Part shown: positions 1 to 13,400 of the stretch, one piece after another | Position numbering within the stretch: position 1 is the stretch's first letter | Layout of the letters: each line of letters starts with the position of its first letter | The notes under the pieces: model-generated | What the model saw: the letters and a program-made list of their open reading frames with translations, nothing else | What the model was told of the DNA's origin: nothing | The model's database searches: none | Position numbers and translations under genes: made by a program | Origin: Asterionella formosa | Lineage: Eukaryota | Direction of reading: 5' to 3' | Length of the DNA: 36,760 bases | NCBI GenBank assembly: GCA_002256025.1 | Contig: NKIB01015278.1 | Location: 1-36,760, forward strand

Positions 1-916
1 GTTTGCGCTGCTAATAGACTGAGCCGCCTTGCCCGAAGGCACAGTCGATTTCTTTTTGCCATAAATTGGATGCATATTATGAGCTGAAAATTCTATACTG
101 GTATGTACTCATTTCCTTTCAAGTGTATGGGTGATAGGGCGCCAGTTTATGATGCTCAAGTTACTTAGGCACTATCAAGTGACAGGGATAAGGATATGAG
201 AGGAATCATACAACAAATAAATCGAAGGCGATATTTTTGTATTAAGCTGCGTATATCATATAACAATGAATCCTCAAAACATGGGGTAATCCGTGTTCTG
301 GCAATATTTTCGTCGATCGCACTTTTCAACCAATATTTTAGGAGAAACCAATTGCTATAAACTAATATCTAATGACATAGCCTTAAAGCGTACATGCTCA
401 AGATTAGGGTCGAAGTTTTAAAATTAACAAATCTGCATTTGGGAGGGTCAAACCGTGTTTTTCTCCTGTTCAGTGTGTCACAGCAGTTCCAATTTTTTTT
501 TAGTGGGTCACAGCAGTTTTTTACTGGTACCAGGTACTCGGAGTACCAGGTACCAGGTACATAATATTCGGAGGCATGAGATGGTGTACTGTTGTCTCGT
601 TCGGTATTTGAAATGGTGTCCGTGTTAAAGTTCGTCTCATGGGTTGCACAGCCAGTGCAAAACAACGAGCGAACAACAACGACCACACCAAAACGAATGA
701 ATCCAAATCCAAAGAACACCAAGCAAAAGATGATGGTGAGGGTCCTCGTTTCCAAAAGTCATCCACATCGTCCTTAATATTCATCGCTGCCTCGTTCCAA
801 TATTTCTTTTGCTGTACTCTCCCACCCCGCGCTCTCCACCATACTTATCGGCACTATCACAACGGTATCTAAACTGGTAATTGTCAGACATTTTCGTTTT
901 CCCGAACTAACTGACC

Positions 917-1816
917 ATGACTGAATGGACAACAATTGTTCTTGAATATGTGTGTCCGTCGGTTGGATGCATTCTTGCAAGTGTCATGTTTGCTGCACCC
1001 GTCCACGATTTAAGAGAGGCGCTACACCGAGGAACTATTGGATCGCTATCTCCTATCCCGTGGGCATGGATGACAGGAAATTGTCTTGGATGGTGAGATG
1101 ACGGTAGTTGTGTTTGATTTTTAAAAGTGTGTCAAGTTAAAATTGATCGCCAACATGTCCATACAATTTTCCCTCTCAGGTGCACGTATGGATACTACAC
1201 GCAGGACCCTTTCGTTTTGGCGTCAAACTTACCAGGTCTGATTCTAAGTATCTGGCTGAACATTGGAGCTGCCAAGTTGCAATATCTGGAACGATGGGAA
1301 GGATATCAAAAGAGAGAAAGAGAGAGTACTACAGGTCACCTAGAGGGGCAGCCACTTGATCTGCAGTCATTAATCACGGCGCCACAAGAACGACTTCTCT
1401 TGCGAATATTGATTGGTTGGGCATTGGTTATCGTTTATGTGGGATGGTTAAATCCTCTCCTATCTCCTCGGTCAATTGTCGGTATGGTCGTTAACCTAAA
1501 TCTTGTGGTGTTTTATGGCGCTCCACTCACTACAATTAGAGCAGTGCTTAGAGACAAATTGTCGGATTCAATCCATATTCCAACGATGGTACTTACCAAT
1601 TCAAATACCATTTTTTGGTTAGTGTATGGTGTTGCGAGGCTGGATCCTGTTATCTTTGTGCCAAATGGGCTGGGCTTATTACTTGGCATCGCAATGATGG
1701 TCTTATGCATTGTGTATCCAAGGAGCAATGTCTTGAACGACGAAAATAGCTCTGAGCAGAATCTATTGGAAGACAATGATGAATCCAACGAACACGCAGA
1801 AAGTCTCATGTTATAG
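917..1816 (+). CDS. SWEET: SWEET (MtN3/saliva) sugar transporter; 2 exons 917-1092, 1180-1816; ~270 aa
   Basis: ATG at 917 gives MTEWTTIVLEYVCPSVGCILASVMFAAP...LSPIPWAWMTGNCLGW. An 87-bp GTGAG...CTCAG intron (1093-1179) joins in frame to CTYGYYTQDPFVLASNLPG. The second MtN3 repeat reads VFYGAPLTTIRAVLRDKLSDSI...FWLVYG...DPVIFVPNGLG. Confidence 0.9.
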
Positions 1817-2174
1817 CATATTATGCACAGCCGAATTACATATTTATATAGATCACAGAGAATGGAACACTTTCGCATGCTTCCAATGGACAATGATCTC
1901 CGAATAGGTGGCAGTACTGTATATCAAAATAGGGCTTGCTTCCACATTTGATGGCTGTATTAAAGCAGTAACAAGTATATAAGGATAGAACAAGTGACCC
2001 TTGGGTCGAATACATAATTCAGAATGAGATTGTGTTACTTGCAACTTTATTGCAATACGATGAGGAACTATGCCCAACCCACACTGAATACCAGAATGTA
2101 ATTTCGACGGTTTCACAAGGATCGACAACACGTGACGAGTACTCTTTCGACGAATAGTTCAAGCTTGGAAATCG

Positions 2175-4888
2175 CTAGATTTCTGCTTCTACTTTCCGTT
2201 TCTTCACTTCAATAAGAAGAGAAGCAAAATCAAACGGTCCACTGCGAGTATTATTTGCATCAGATAGTTTCACACTGCGGTAACCTGAACGAAGGCACGA
2301 GACCGGGATTGAAGCACTAGCAATGAATTCGCCTTGGCCACCAACAGATGACTCCTTGTCGTGAACAGCTATATGTAGGATTGCAACCGAACCATTTTCA
2401 ACTGAGAATGCAAACTTTTCCGAGCTCCAAATAGGAAAGAACCCATTTTGCGTGGAAACTTGGGTTTGATAAGTCGACATGGTTTCTTTCTCCTCGTTCT
2501 TCACATCGTAGACCGACACCTTAACAAAAGGATTAATGCAATCACCAGTTCGTTGTCCCTTCGGCTTTGGCAAACAATTTCCACTAAGAATCCTGATGTA
2601 AATCTTCTCTGGAATCGCAGATTGTGAGTAATCGTCCTTCGCCAAAAGAATGGGTGGCTTCAGAACGTAGCCACATCCGCCGTTCTCCCGGAAACGACCA
2701 TCGTTCAACTTCAACGCAGCATCCGATGTTTGAAAGTTGAGTGCCACCATTTGGCATCCTGTCGACCAAGCCAGCATTGGACTATAATTACTAGAATCGA
2801 CACGAGATCCAGCAGGATAAGTTCTTGTCATGTGGGATTGATTGTAAATCGCCCACTTTCGAGACTTCCCCTGCTTACACATCGTTTTGACCTTATTTTC
2901 ACTGAAAGAGTGCATGTAGTGAGTACGATTTCGAAGCGATGTATCCCAAGTTTTCAGTTTGCATCCATGAAAGAGAGTCAATCGAGCTAGCTGAGGAGCA
3001 ATCGTTTGCTTTGCAAGGGGGTTCTTTTGGATTTCCGAATCCAAGTCATCGTCGTCCTCATCGCTATCATACTCAAAATCATCGTCGTTTTCGCTAGATT
3101 TATCTGGTCTCCTTCCCTTGATCACAATCAAGCCTCTCATGTCTTCTGGAGAAGGTAAACGACCAAGCAAAGATGCCTCCGTTGGAATGTATAAGCTATC
3201 ACCGAGCACCTCGATCAACTGTTCAGCCATAACGTCTTGGTAGGGAATGCTGCAGTGATTCTCAAACGAGAGAATCAGCGGATAAGAGTCTGGGTTGAAA
3301 TTCAGAAAAATCTTGAGGGCTTTTATAATGTCGATAAAAAGAATCTTCGATGTCATGGTGTGCCCGTGCCAAACAACAGGAATAGGCTGTGCACCCTCAT
3401 CATATTCGCCACTATCCCAAATGTCGAGCTCCAAACATCGACAGCCTCGATATAAAGCATTTAAATACATCTCCACACTGGAATGCGACGTCAATTGATC
3501 TCCCGTAAGGTATGTGTTGTGACTACTATTGATCCAATATTCCGAAATGGGTCTCGTCATGCGACGCTTGTCAAAATTCTCAAGAGCAGGATCAAAGGCT
3601 GAATTTTCTCTGCTTAGTAGATACGCCTCAAACCGATCTTTATCAATTCTCGAAAAATCTGTGGGTCCAGAATCTCCCACATTCGCAATTTCCATCTGAT
3701 GCAATCTTTGAAAGGATCGCTGGACATCTTGTATAGTCACGTCCTTCTCTCCTTGTTTCTTGTGAATAAAATTCTCCAGAAACGTCTTTGTTGATACCGA
3801 TACCCGTTGCTTGCCATTGTTCATTAATTCTCCAAACAAATCGTTCCACAAGATGTTAACAGGTTTGACTAGCCAAGAGTCACGCTTCAACTTGTGCAAA
3901 AAGGTGCAACATTGTTCAAAGCTTAAGCCCTTTCGTCGTTGAGCATGATCCAATCGAATAATGTTCGCAAACTTTTCATACGTGGCATTTAATTCTTGTT
4001 TCTTCATTTGAAAGTTTATCCGATCCAACACATTTCCGAGTTCAGCAGCATTGATGGTGCCCTTTTTGTCCTGTGGCAACAGCAAAAACAAGTCAAGTTA
4101 AAGACGACGCCAATGTCGCACTGCCAAGGTCCAACTCGTAGTGCTTTCCACTCACCTTATCGACATCGAGCCATATGTAGCGCAGTAGTAAGACGTCGTT
4201 GCCCACTCTTTGCTTAGCAGCTTGGTAGGAGCGAATGACGTGATCAAGCGCATCCAGTATTGTATCTCGGTCTAGGTCGTCAGTTGTCATCAAATCCAAA
4301 GTTCGTTCTCCTCTGAAAATGATGCTGAAACTACGATTCGGATGAAGAAATAGCAAATCCGAGTATCTAGCGCCCGTCGCAGAGTCGAACTTAAGTTGCT
4401 CCTTCAATAGATTTCTGAATGAGTCCTGGCGTGACTTTCTGTGGTTTCAGACAAGGCGGGAGTGTTAGTGCGGATACACTGGCAATATATCGCACGGCCG
4501 TGGCAGTCAGCCGCCGGCTACATAATATGGAAATGTCGACGCACTTGGCTAATTCGAATTTGTGTGTCACCTGTCCTCGCTGAATTCGATCAATGGCCCC
4601 AATGTCGATTATGCGCTCCCTCGTGTCGTCAGCATCTCCGTTCGACTTGGTCCGCCGCAACGAAAAAATGCTTCCTTTTCCTGGAGATATCAAGCCCCGC
4701 TTCTCGGTTGTAATATACAGGGTAAACTTGTCTTGCGACAGAGTCAAGAAGGCCTTTCGCACGATCCCGCTCTCCGAGACTCTAAGCACATGGACTCCTT
4801 CCGAAAGCTTGACGGGAACTTGAATTGAACTGAGGGCGTGTTTGAAGGAGCTTCTTTGCTCGATATTTCTAGAGACGCGTTGCTCCAT
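2175..4888 (-). CDS. PLC: Phosphoinositide-specific phospholipase C (PH-like, EF-hand, X, Y, C2); 3 exons 4888-4545, 4438-4156, 4070-2175; ~840 aa
   Basis: X-box YWINSSHNTYLTGDQL...GCRCLELDIWD...HGHTMTSKI; Y-box RTYPAGSRVDSSNYSP...GCQMVALNFQT...FRENGGCGYVLKP; C-terminal C2 domain. Introns 4544-4439 (GTGCGT..CACTAAC..CAG) and 4155-4071 (GTGAGT..CAG) join three ORF-track fragments in frame. Confidence 0.93.
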
Positions 4889-5339
4889 TTTATCTATGAT
4901 TCAAGCTGCGATTGCGAGACTATCGCAATCGCAAACACATGGATGGAAAGTAGATTAGACTATAACAAACTGAGCTTGTAATTTGATACATAATTGTTAC
5001 ATGCCGGTAGTATAGCTAATTCAGGAGTTACCTAGGTCCCTAGCATGCAAGAAATCTTTGCAATAAGTATGTAACTGCCTTTCCGGAAGCAGCGAAAGCG
5101 CACGCATGCGTGTGGCTTCACTCTCGTCATCAGATCGTAACAAAAAGGAGCCACATACCGGTATATAACGGAATTATGATATTTCTTGCCACCCCACCTG
5201 CACATCATAATTGATGGTGGCCGTTATTTATTATCTCAGTCAACAGTCATGGCTTGCAGTAATAGTAGAGAAAGGAATAGTACTAGACTACCAGGTACCA
5301 TCATAGTACAACAAATAAAAATCATTCTCTTTCAACCAT

Positions 5340-5900
5340 TTGACTTCATCCCATCCTCCTAGTTCCAATGTTGGGGGTTCATTATCCACATCTCCTTTTC
5401 CTTTGTGCCACTATCATCAATGTAGGATTGACCCCTCCAATTAGAAACTGCATTAATCCACAGCCTTGGAATGCCAGGGAGACCCCACAGTCTCTATTAA
5501 ACTAGTATAGCTCATAAGCTTATAGTCACATCAATCCCATTCAGACATGGTCAGAACTAATCCCAGCAAACAACTGTCATCTTGGATTCAAAGACCACCT
5601 GCTAGTGACAGGGGTGGGGTAGAAAATTTCTCTTCCCATTCTTGAGTTGACCATAGGTCTGTTGTTGGAGGATGATCAGATCATCCAAAGCAAGAAGCCA
5701 CAACCAACAAGAATGAGGCTCAACAACTGTACCAACTTCTCTAGAATGTGCCATGTCAAAAAATTCAGAAAGTGAGACGTCTAATGCCTCCCAATCCACA
5801 TTATATTATTCTGTCGCCACCAGCCACCCAAAATAATACTGACACTCTCTGCCATGTGTACCTGTAAATTTTAACCACCACACATCATCTTAGCTAGAGG
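5340..5900 (-). pseudogene. Decayed coding remnant, possibly the 3' part of a non-LTR retrotransposon
   Basis: Broken frames such as NVDWEALDVSLSEF and GIPRLWINAVSNWRV lie in a block with no CpG seen between ~5224 and 5777. The resemblance to LINE C-terminal regions is from memory only. Confidence 0.25.
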
Positions 5901-6399
5901 CATGCATGTGTCAGTACTGTTGTGGTACATATTTACATACATAGGAGATCATATCGAACATGAGCAACAACGACTGCTATGTATTAATTATGCCAAGAGT
6001 AGTACAACACCTGGATCTTTGATGTCCTATAGCAGACCTTTAGTAGCACTATGTACAGCAAGCATATAGGTGTACATTTAGCTTATCCCATGCATCATAC
6101 TTGAACCATTTAGTACTTAAGTACAAGCCTATTATATAATTTTTATGTTGAAGAGTTTGTATCGATTCTGAATCGACTGGGCAAACAACAAGAGTCACTA
6201 TCTAGCATCAAAGTAACTACAGGATGATAATGGATATCGACAACGACAAAGACATAACAACATGATGGGCTCAGCACAAACAAGCAACCATGCAAACAGC
6301 AAAAAGTCAAACTAAGAACGGCCACCTAACAGGAAGTATTGTTGATCAGCATGGAAGCACACAACAACAATCTACAACATATCCAAGCTTCTTTTTCCT

Positions 6400-7012
6400 T
6401 TCTAGCTAGTGCACACAATGACAATGCAGCGCGCTGGATATCATCTTGCTCTTTCCGCTTAGCAGCCTTTGTCACTGCTCTTTGAGAGAAATAACCACGA
6501 CTACTACTAGCTAGTTCTCATAGCCATTAGTATTGAACGGTGAATTTATTCAGAGCAAATATTTTTAGAGCAGCTTAAAAAGCACACTCAAACTTGCTTC
6601 TGAGACATCATATCTGATCTTCAAGTAAACATTCTAAAAAATTTCTTTTATAATAACTGATCATAACGTCTGAAAATAGAACCAAAAATGTGACAAATCA
6701 TGGCATGAAATTGACACCTTACTACCGCAACCCATGAATTTTGGTTCCCCAAAGTTCAATCAATGATTTTATTGACAAGGATCATCCAAATTGTCAGTAT
6801 CCGTCCAGCAGATTGGATGATGAATGATCAGACTTTTTGAGATCAATTGAATTAGGAATAGCAATTTTGGTGCCACCACAACGAACTAGGTATGATTTCA
6901 CAACATGGATCCCACAAGAAGAGGATGAGTCATCCAACAACCAACCACATCTGTTTGAAGATAAATCGCTACTTGCGTCATCAATGAACTCATTTTGCTT
7001 CAAATTGGGCAT
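6400..7012 (-). pseudogene. Decayed ORF remnant of a repeated element
   Basis: ATG at 7012 (MPNLKQ...) is followed by interrupted frames (..RAVTKAAKRKEQDDIQRAALSLCALARKEKE). The region around and upstream of this ATG has a second copy at 23923-24133. Confidence 0.3.
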
Positions 7013-7229
7013 GATTGTTGATGATTGACTATGTCAAAGCTGTATTTCGCCCTCACATTTTAGAGAAACAAACAAATCGATGTATATTACGACAGATTGG
7101 TGAATACTAATTGTATTATACTCAAATCTGAAGAGTATATAAAATGGTTTCCTTAAGTAGACCCCTTGCCGATTTCAGTCCCAGGGCTGGAAAGCTGTGG
7201 GGGAATTGGCGTTAATTGTATTGCCAAAT
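7001..7229 (+). repeat. Dispersed ~230-bp repeat, copy 1 (probable transposon end)
   Basis: Shares collinear blocks with the reverse complement of 23923-24133: CAAAyTGGGCATGAT, GGTGAATACTA, TCAAATCTG, TGGTTTCC, AGTAGACCCCTTGCCGATTT, CCAGGGCTGGAAA, ATTGGCG. Confidence 0.85.
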
Positions 7230-7739
7230 GCTGACAAATGAAATATACAATATATATTTTAATGATGGGCAATATTGGACCCATTTCCAATTCTGATGTG
7301 AAGATAGGAAATAAATAAAAATATATTTTAAATGATGGGCAATAGCCAGCTAAAAATGATATTTTTGGCTTAATGAGTGGGCAGTAGGTAAGCGAGTGGC
7401 GCGACGATAGATAGACCCTTTTCGGCTACATGGGTAATCAATTAAAACACTTTTCCCGAAATAAGCAGCATTTCTAAAACCATACCCAAGGAGTTGTTTT
7501 TACTACCCTGGTACCATACGCTCACTAAAAGGGTGTTCTCAACCATTTTGGACCTTTAATTTCTGACTGATAACGGGACCAGAGAAAAAAACCCAAGGCA
7601 AGCAGTCAGTAAATGAGCATTGGTATTTTGATTTGTACTATACAACACATTCCATCATCAAACTGCGAGACATTACCACTGAACTCCATTCAACATCAAC
7701 ACAGCATTACTGCCATAACCCCGCACCCGATCGTCCACC

Positions 7740-10198
7740 ATGTCTGGTATGTCGGGACGCTCTCCCTTCCCTAGCAATCGCAGTCGGCGCCGCATCAGTG
7801 CTGGTGAAAACTCAAATATGGACGAATCAGTGAGCTTCACTAGCCCATTCCTCTTGGCGACCTTGACTCAAACTAGAATGTCACCACCCGCTGGTTTTTA
7901 CCACTCTCCTAGCAACACAAATCTTAATCGAAGGTCTCGTCGTTTCTTTGAAGAATCAGATCCTCGTAGACGGTCGAGAGACTCGGAGGGAGGTGTTTTG
8001 GGCACTGCCATTCCGGCAGCGTCAGGGCAGCTACCCAAACACCACGGGGGGGATGGTTCCAACGGGAAGAACAGTGCCACTTCGACGGAGGATATTGTCA
8101 TGGATGACATGAACCTGTCTAAAATAAGAAATCTAGCTAAGACGGCTTTGCAGTCCTCGACGACGACAGCTTCTCCGGAAATAGCTGTATTTTATGCGTC
8201 CATCCTCTATAGCAAGACGCAATCATTGGAAGATGCATTTTTCTATGCGCAATCTCTTATTGAAAACAAGGAAACGAAACGAGCTGTTATGATTTTGGAA
8301 CGTGCTGGACTTTTGGGGACTGAAGGAACTCTCTTACAACGTGTAGAAGCCACCCTCTTAGCTGCCCAAGCTCTCTGCGAAACCAACGGATGGCAGGAAG
8401 CGTCTCAACTGCTGGAAGATGTGTGCATCTCTGGAGGGACTACAGCTTGGTTGAATAGCAGCCTCTTGGAAGATAGCGACGAGGAAGGGTGGAAAGAATT
8501 TTCTCAGTCCGTTGCAGTCGGCTTGGACGCTATTCACCCAGTTGCTCGGCTATGCTATTGGAGAGGGCGGTGCTACGATGAAACATCGCATCCGCCTCGT
8601 GCGTTGATTTTCTGGAAGAGAGCTCTTTTGATGGATCCCAAATGCGTTCAAGCTTTTGATTCACTTCTAAACCGAAACCTTTTGACTGCTCAAGAAGCGC
8701 ACAACTTGGTAGCCACGCTGAAAATGGATACCGAACTGCAATGGTTGCGTAGGATATACCTCGCCAGGATTCACTTGGCCCCCAGTGGAGTTGCTTCGGA
8801 ATTCCATGACAGAGAGCCTACAGTACCATTCATGAGCACTGATGCTTCTGTGATTCACACGACAACACCGTCGGTAACGCAAATGGACGATTTCTCAGAA
8901 AATTTGTTTGCCGACGACCGAAAGATGCCACCAGTTGCGTTGCTCCAGCAACAAGCCAGAACTGCATTGGAAGAGCTCTGGACAATAAACAACCTACACA
9001 ATTCTCCAGAAGTCTTGTCGTTCGCTGCGATACGTGCGTATCGCTCCTACGATTTACAGGCAGCCTTTGACTATTGCCAGGAGTTATCTGCAGTTGACCC
9101 CCTTTGTCAAACTGCTTCGTTCGTTCATGTCGCCACTCTCCTCAGCTTGAACCACAAGCGCCTTTTGTTTGGATTAGGCCATGAGTGGGTCGAAGCTTCC
9201 CCTCAATCAGCTCGGAGTTGGTTTGCTGTCGGTTGTTATTACTATGCCTGTGGTCGATTCCATGTTGCACAACAACACTTTTGCCGAGCAACCCGTCTTG
9301 ATCCGCTTTGCAGCGAAGCCTGGATCGCCTTTGGTTGCTCGTTTGCGGCCTGCGATGAAAGCGATCAGGCATTGGCTGCTTTTCGGGCTGCCCAGAGATT
9401 GGCACCAGCTGAACCCGCCGCCATGTTGTATATGGGAATGGAATACGTGAGAACGAATCATTTGGTGCTCGCGCAACATTCTCTTTTGAGCGCCCTCAAT
9501 TCGAGCGGCGGGGACCCCCTTTGTCTGCATGAGCTTGGAGTGGTTGCCTTCCACAAGAAGGAATGGGACACCGCTATTGATTGGTACTCCAGAGCTTTGC
9601 ATGCTGTTGCGTACACAGAAGGTCAAGACGCTGGAACCTCAACGCTTGAGAACGTTGATTTAATCCAAAGCGAATTTTGGGAGCCTACATTGTTCAACTT
9701 GGGACATTGCTACCGAAAGACTCGTAAGTTTAAGGCCGCCATTTCCTGCTTTGAAAAGTGTCTTGTGTTGATACCGGTAAGTTGACATGATGGGTACCAC
9801 TACTGCATGCAACTTGCTGCAACTAACCCTACATGCAAAAATCAATGCAGGGTAGCGCATCGGCATTGTCTGCTCTAGGGTTCACAAATCATCTCAATGG
9901 CGACTTTGACGGTGCAATTGACATGTACCACCAGTCGTTGAGTCGACAACCGGATGACCCTTTTTCGTCGGAGATGCTAAATAGGGCTTTACAAGAAGCT
10001 ATTGCGGTGAAGTTAGTGATCCAATCGCCTCGTCCAGAACGAGAAATTAGAACTCCAAGGCGTCCTGTAGATAGCGCAAATCGGTCTAGCATATTCTCGC
10101 AGCGAGGAAATGACACTTCAATGGCGTCTGACGACGATCCTAGCCTTTCTTTGGCGAATAGCGATGTTGACATGGGTTTGTCATTCCAAACGTCATAG
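7740..10198 (+). CDS. CDC16: Anaphase-promoting complex subunit 6 (Cdc16/APC6), TPR protein; 2 exons 7740-9776, 9851-10198; ~794 aa
   Basis: Cdc16-type TPR segments SWFAVGCYYY...AWIAFGCSFA..DESDQALAAFR, LYMGMEY, WEPTLFNLGHCYRK, SALGFTNHL..D.AIDMYHQSL. A 74-bp GTAAGT..AACTAAC..GCAG intron spans 9777-9850. Confidence 0.92.
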
Positions 10199-10452
10199 TG
10201 CTTGCAAGTAAATTGCGAGAGCGGGAACAAAAAATCTTAATTTCTACGTAATGAACAGAAATAAGTTTCAACCTCTATAGCATTTTTCTGGTCCGAAACC
10301 CACGGGACACTATCGTCTGAGTGCTTATTTTAAATTGTTCGATCCCAGCCGCGCAGTCGTGGTGGTCCAGCGGAGCGAGATTTAGAGGAACCTAATATTG
10401 TGCTGTACCAGCGGAAGGAAGGGAACAAACTGTATTACCTCCTTTGTTTACC

Positions 10453-13400
10453 TCATGGCGAAGATTTCTTGTTTGTCTTCTTACCGAGACGTCGAATTCG
10501 GTCGCGCATGTTCCCTCCGCGCTTCTGTGCTCTAGTAGCACTACTCTTCGACCCCTTCTCAGGGAGATCCCAGTTCATAAACCCCCTGCAAAGCTCAGAA
10601 CCACAATTGCAAGGAATTCTGGCATCCAAATCGAGTTCTAGTGGAAACTGGTAGTCATAAGTGATCTCTTCCATAGAATTGATATCACGTTGCGCAATAA
10701 TGATAACTCGTTTCAGATGAGTGTTAGGTGCCTTCCCGTCGAAAATCTTAGCAATACAGCTTGGACTACAGCTGTGATTAATGTAGCGACCATGACCACC
10801 TTTCAAGGTGGCGTCAATAACAAGAGACTCATCAACTCGAAATTGATAGTCTTGAATTCGACGCTCCTGGTACATCTTTTCACGAGCGTCGGCCACAGCG
10901 TTGCTGATATATTCTCCAACATACTCAGCGACAACTGCACCCTTTCTAAAAGATTGATCGGCAAAGAGACCCCAACCATGAACGCGACTACCACGGACTG
11001 AAACAGCCGCTTTATTGACCACACTCCATTCGTCTTCGTCGACTTGATCAATAGGAGTGCAAATATCTGACTTTACAGCATTCATGCCACGCTGGCTAGC
11101 GTCGATGCGCTCCCTAGTATTCATACTTGCATTTCCTGTAGTTAGCGGTAACCGGGACTCAGCAACTCGGGGAAGAGTATCCTGCTCTCCCTTCTTTTTG
11201 TTTCTCCCCCATCTGATTGCATCCGCTGTCATTGCCATTTTGTCCTCTGGATCGAGCTGAACGCCATCACACCTTGCACATCCATTCTCTGACGAAGTTC
11301 TACCTTCCACCCGTTTACTTTGCACGCGACGGAGGATCCTTACCAACGTTTCCTCCCTCCAACTAGGTATTCTCGAGAGGTCAAGGGATGAAGGTAATTG
11401 AGAAATGCAATTATTTATCGTACGACGAAGTTGTTCATCGTCGGTATGATTCCTGTTGGCGACTGCACTGTAAACTCCTCCGGCATCAGGATACGGTGCA
11501 AGCGACGCTTCAGCAGCCGCAGCTGCTCGCTGCACTGCAATGCTACCGTAGTAGGCATTTTCATTCTCCTTTGTGCGCACAAGGTCTGAACTAATCTGCT
11601 CCATCAACCACTCCCCTGTTTCTAACATTTCCACGGCATCCGGCCAAGACTTGCGGAGTTCCTTGAATGGATCATTCTCGCTGTCATCATTACCGGTATC
11701 TTGTCCGTCAAAGTGAAGAGGTTTACCTGTTGAATTCATTCTCCACGAGAACGAAGCAGAATGCGCATTCTTAACTGTTGATATCCAACGAGTTGCCCGC
11801 TCCTGCATGATTTCTACCACTTCAAGCAGCTCAGTAGCCGTCTTGAAGTAGATTGAACCAGGAGGATTAAATGCCAGGGCATTCTTGCATAACTGTCGGG
11901 CATCTGAAACAAATCCACCAAGGGTAACGTACTTGCATTTCAAAACCCGTGCACGAATGATAGAAAAATCAATAGGATTGCTAACAACTGTGGAATACCC
12001 GACAATGTTATCGCCGACTGGTTCTGCAAACAAGCGGAGTGGGTCGCGCCTCATCATCGCCAAGAGAATTCCGCTGCACGCAACACGGACACATCTATCC
12101 AGAAGCTCTTTTGACTCTTCCTTATGCTCAAGAGCTATTTGCTGTCTATCTGGAGAAGGAGCATCAGTTGGTGCTGCGTCGGCACAGAGTGCAAGAATGG
12201 AAGCAGCAGCCATCAACCTTGCACTTCGCTGCCTTCTCAAACCTGCAAACTTTGAGTCATTCTCGTTGATCGAGTCGATGTGCCCAGCAATATCAGCTGT
12301 GGCGTAGCTGTCATGTGATGCTCCACCATCCAAATCACGAAATTCACTATCGGGGATTTTCGCGTCAAAAGCATATTGGTGCTGGCTCTCCCATGTCACT
12401 TCGTCGTAGTGCCGTCGAGTCGGAATCAACGTTTTGGATGGTGGAAGAACAGCGCAAGGGCTCCAGAGCATATTCACAATAGCATCCGCAAATCGCTTGT
12501 CACTCTCTGATTGATCATCAAAGTTACACTCTTTGGATGATAATCGCCCTAGCATTGCAGTCTGGACTTTCAAGAACCCAGTCGAGTCTTTTTCACTTTT
12601 TCCTGTGGGTGGACTATCAACAGTGGCAATATATGACGCCGATTTCTTCGACGTATTTATGACCAGTTGTGCCCTGCGACATTGAACACATCCCGTATCC
12701 CCGCGAATGATGGCACGACAGCGACCACACCTATTTATATCGCTTTCCTTGCAGATGCTTGGTGTTTCTCCGTTTGATTCCAACCTTTGTTTCTTCGAGA
12801 AGGGAAGCCTTCCTCGGGAAAGTGTGGCCTTCTTCTGCGTTTCGGATCTTAGATTAGGTTCGGACGGCCGAGGGGGCTCAGGAACCTTCATTGCCAATGC
12901 TTCTTCAATAAAAAGCACCACATCATCGACTCGTGTGCTCGGCTGCCTTAAAGTGAAGCTTGGAATGGGTGGGACCAGCTTTTCTTCCTTTGCCTTCTTG
13001 GTCTCACGGACCTCAAAGAGCTTGACCTGCTGGTCAAAATCATCGTTTCTCAAGTCATTTTGGTCGCGGATCTTGGGTTTCAGACCCAATCCGACACGAG
13101 AGGCCAGCAGGGAACTCAATGGAGGTTGCAGACGAGCTCGACGTTCGATTGCTGGAAGCCGTCGTTTCACAACAGAGCAGTGATGATTCCATCCTCGAGT
13201 ACATCCGAGGCACTCATCGCCAACGCATGTCGCAACGGGACCATGGACATCGAAATGGGGAATGCAAGCCTTCAGTAATGCAGGTTCACCAGAATGTAAA
13301 TCCGTTCGATTGGCGCTGAGCATTGGAAGGGGATGAAATCGAATGTCTTGTAAGAGCTCCAAAAGCACACGATTATTACTTTTGCCTTGTTCAGGGGTGA

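Noticed and set aside
472..518. 17-bp direct repeat AGTGkGTCACAGCAGTT x2
   Set aside because: Real, and possibly a TE end, but there is no partner in the window to support a call.
525..560. GTACCAG runs as telomeric repeat or assembly/adapter artefact
   Set aside because: The runs are short, mixed in orientation, variable (CCGG, CCAGG, CCTGG, CCCTGG) and confined to non-coding DNA, unlike telomere arrays or random artefacts.
369..872. Overlapping short ORFs on both strands upstream of SWEET
   Set aside because: No recognisable domain, and the minus-strand ones run through the GTACCAG repeat. A decayed coding fragment cannot be excluded.
7250..7344. ~25-bp direct repeat ATATATTTT(A)AATGATGGGCAATA x2
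   Set aside because: An AT-rich local duplication next to TE debris with no assignable function.
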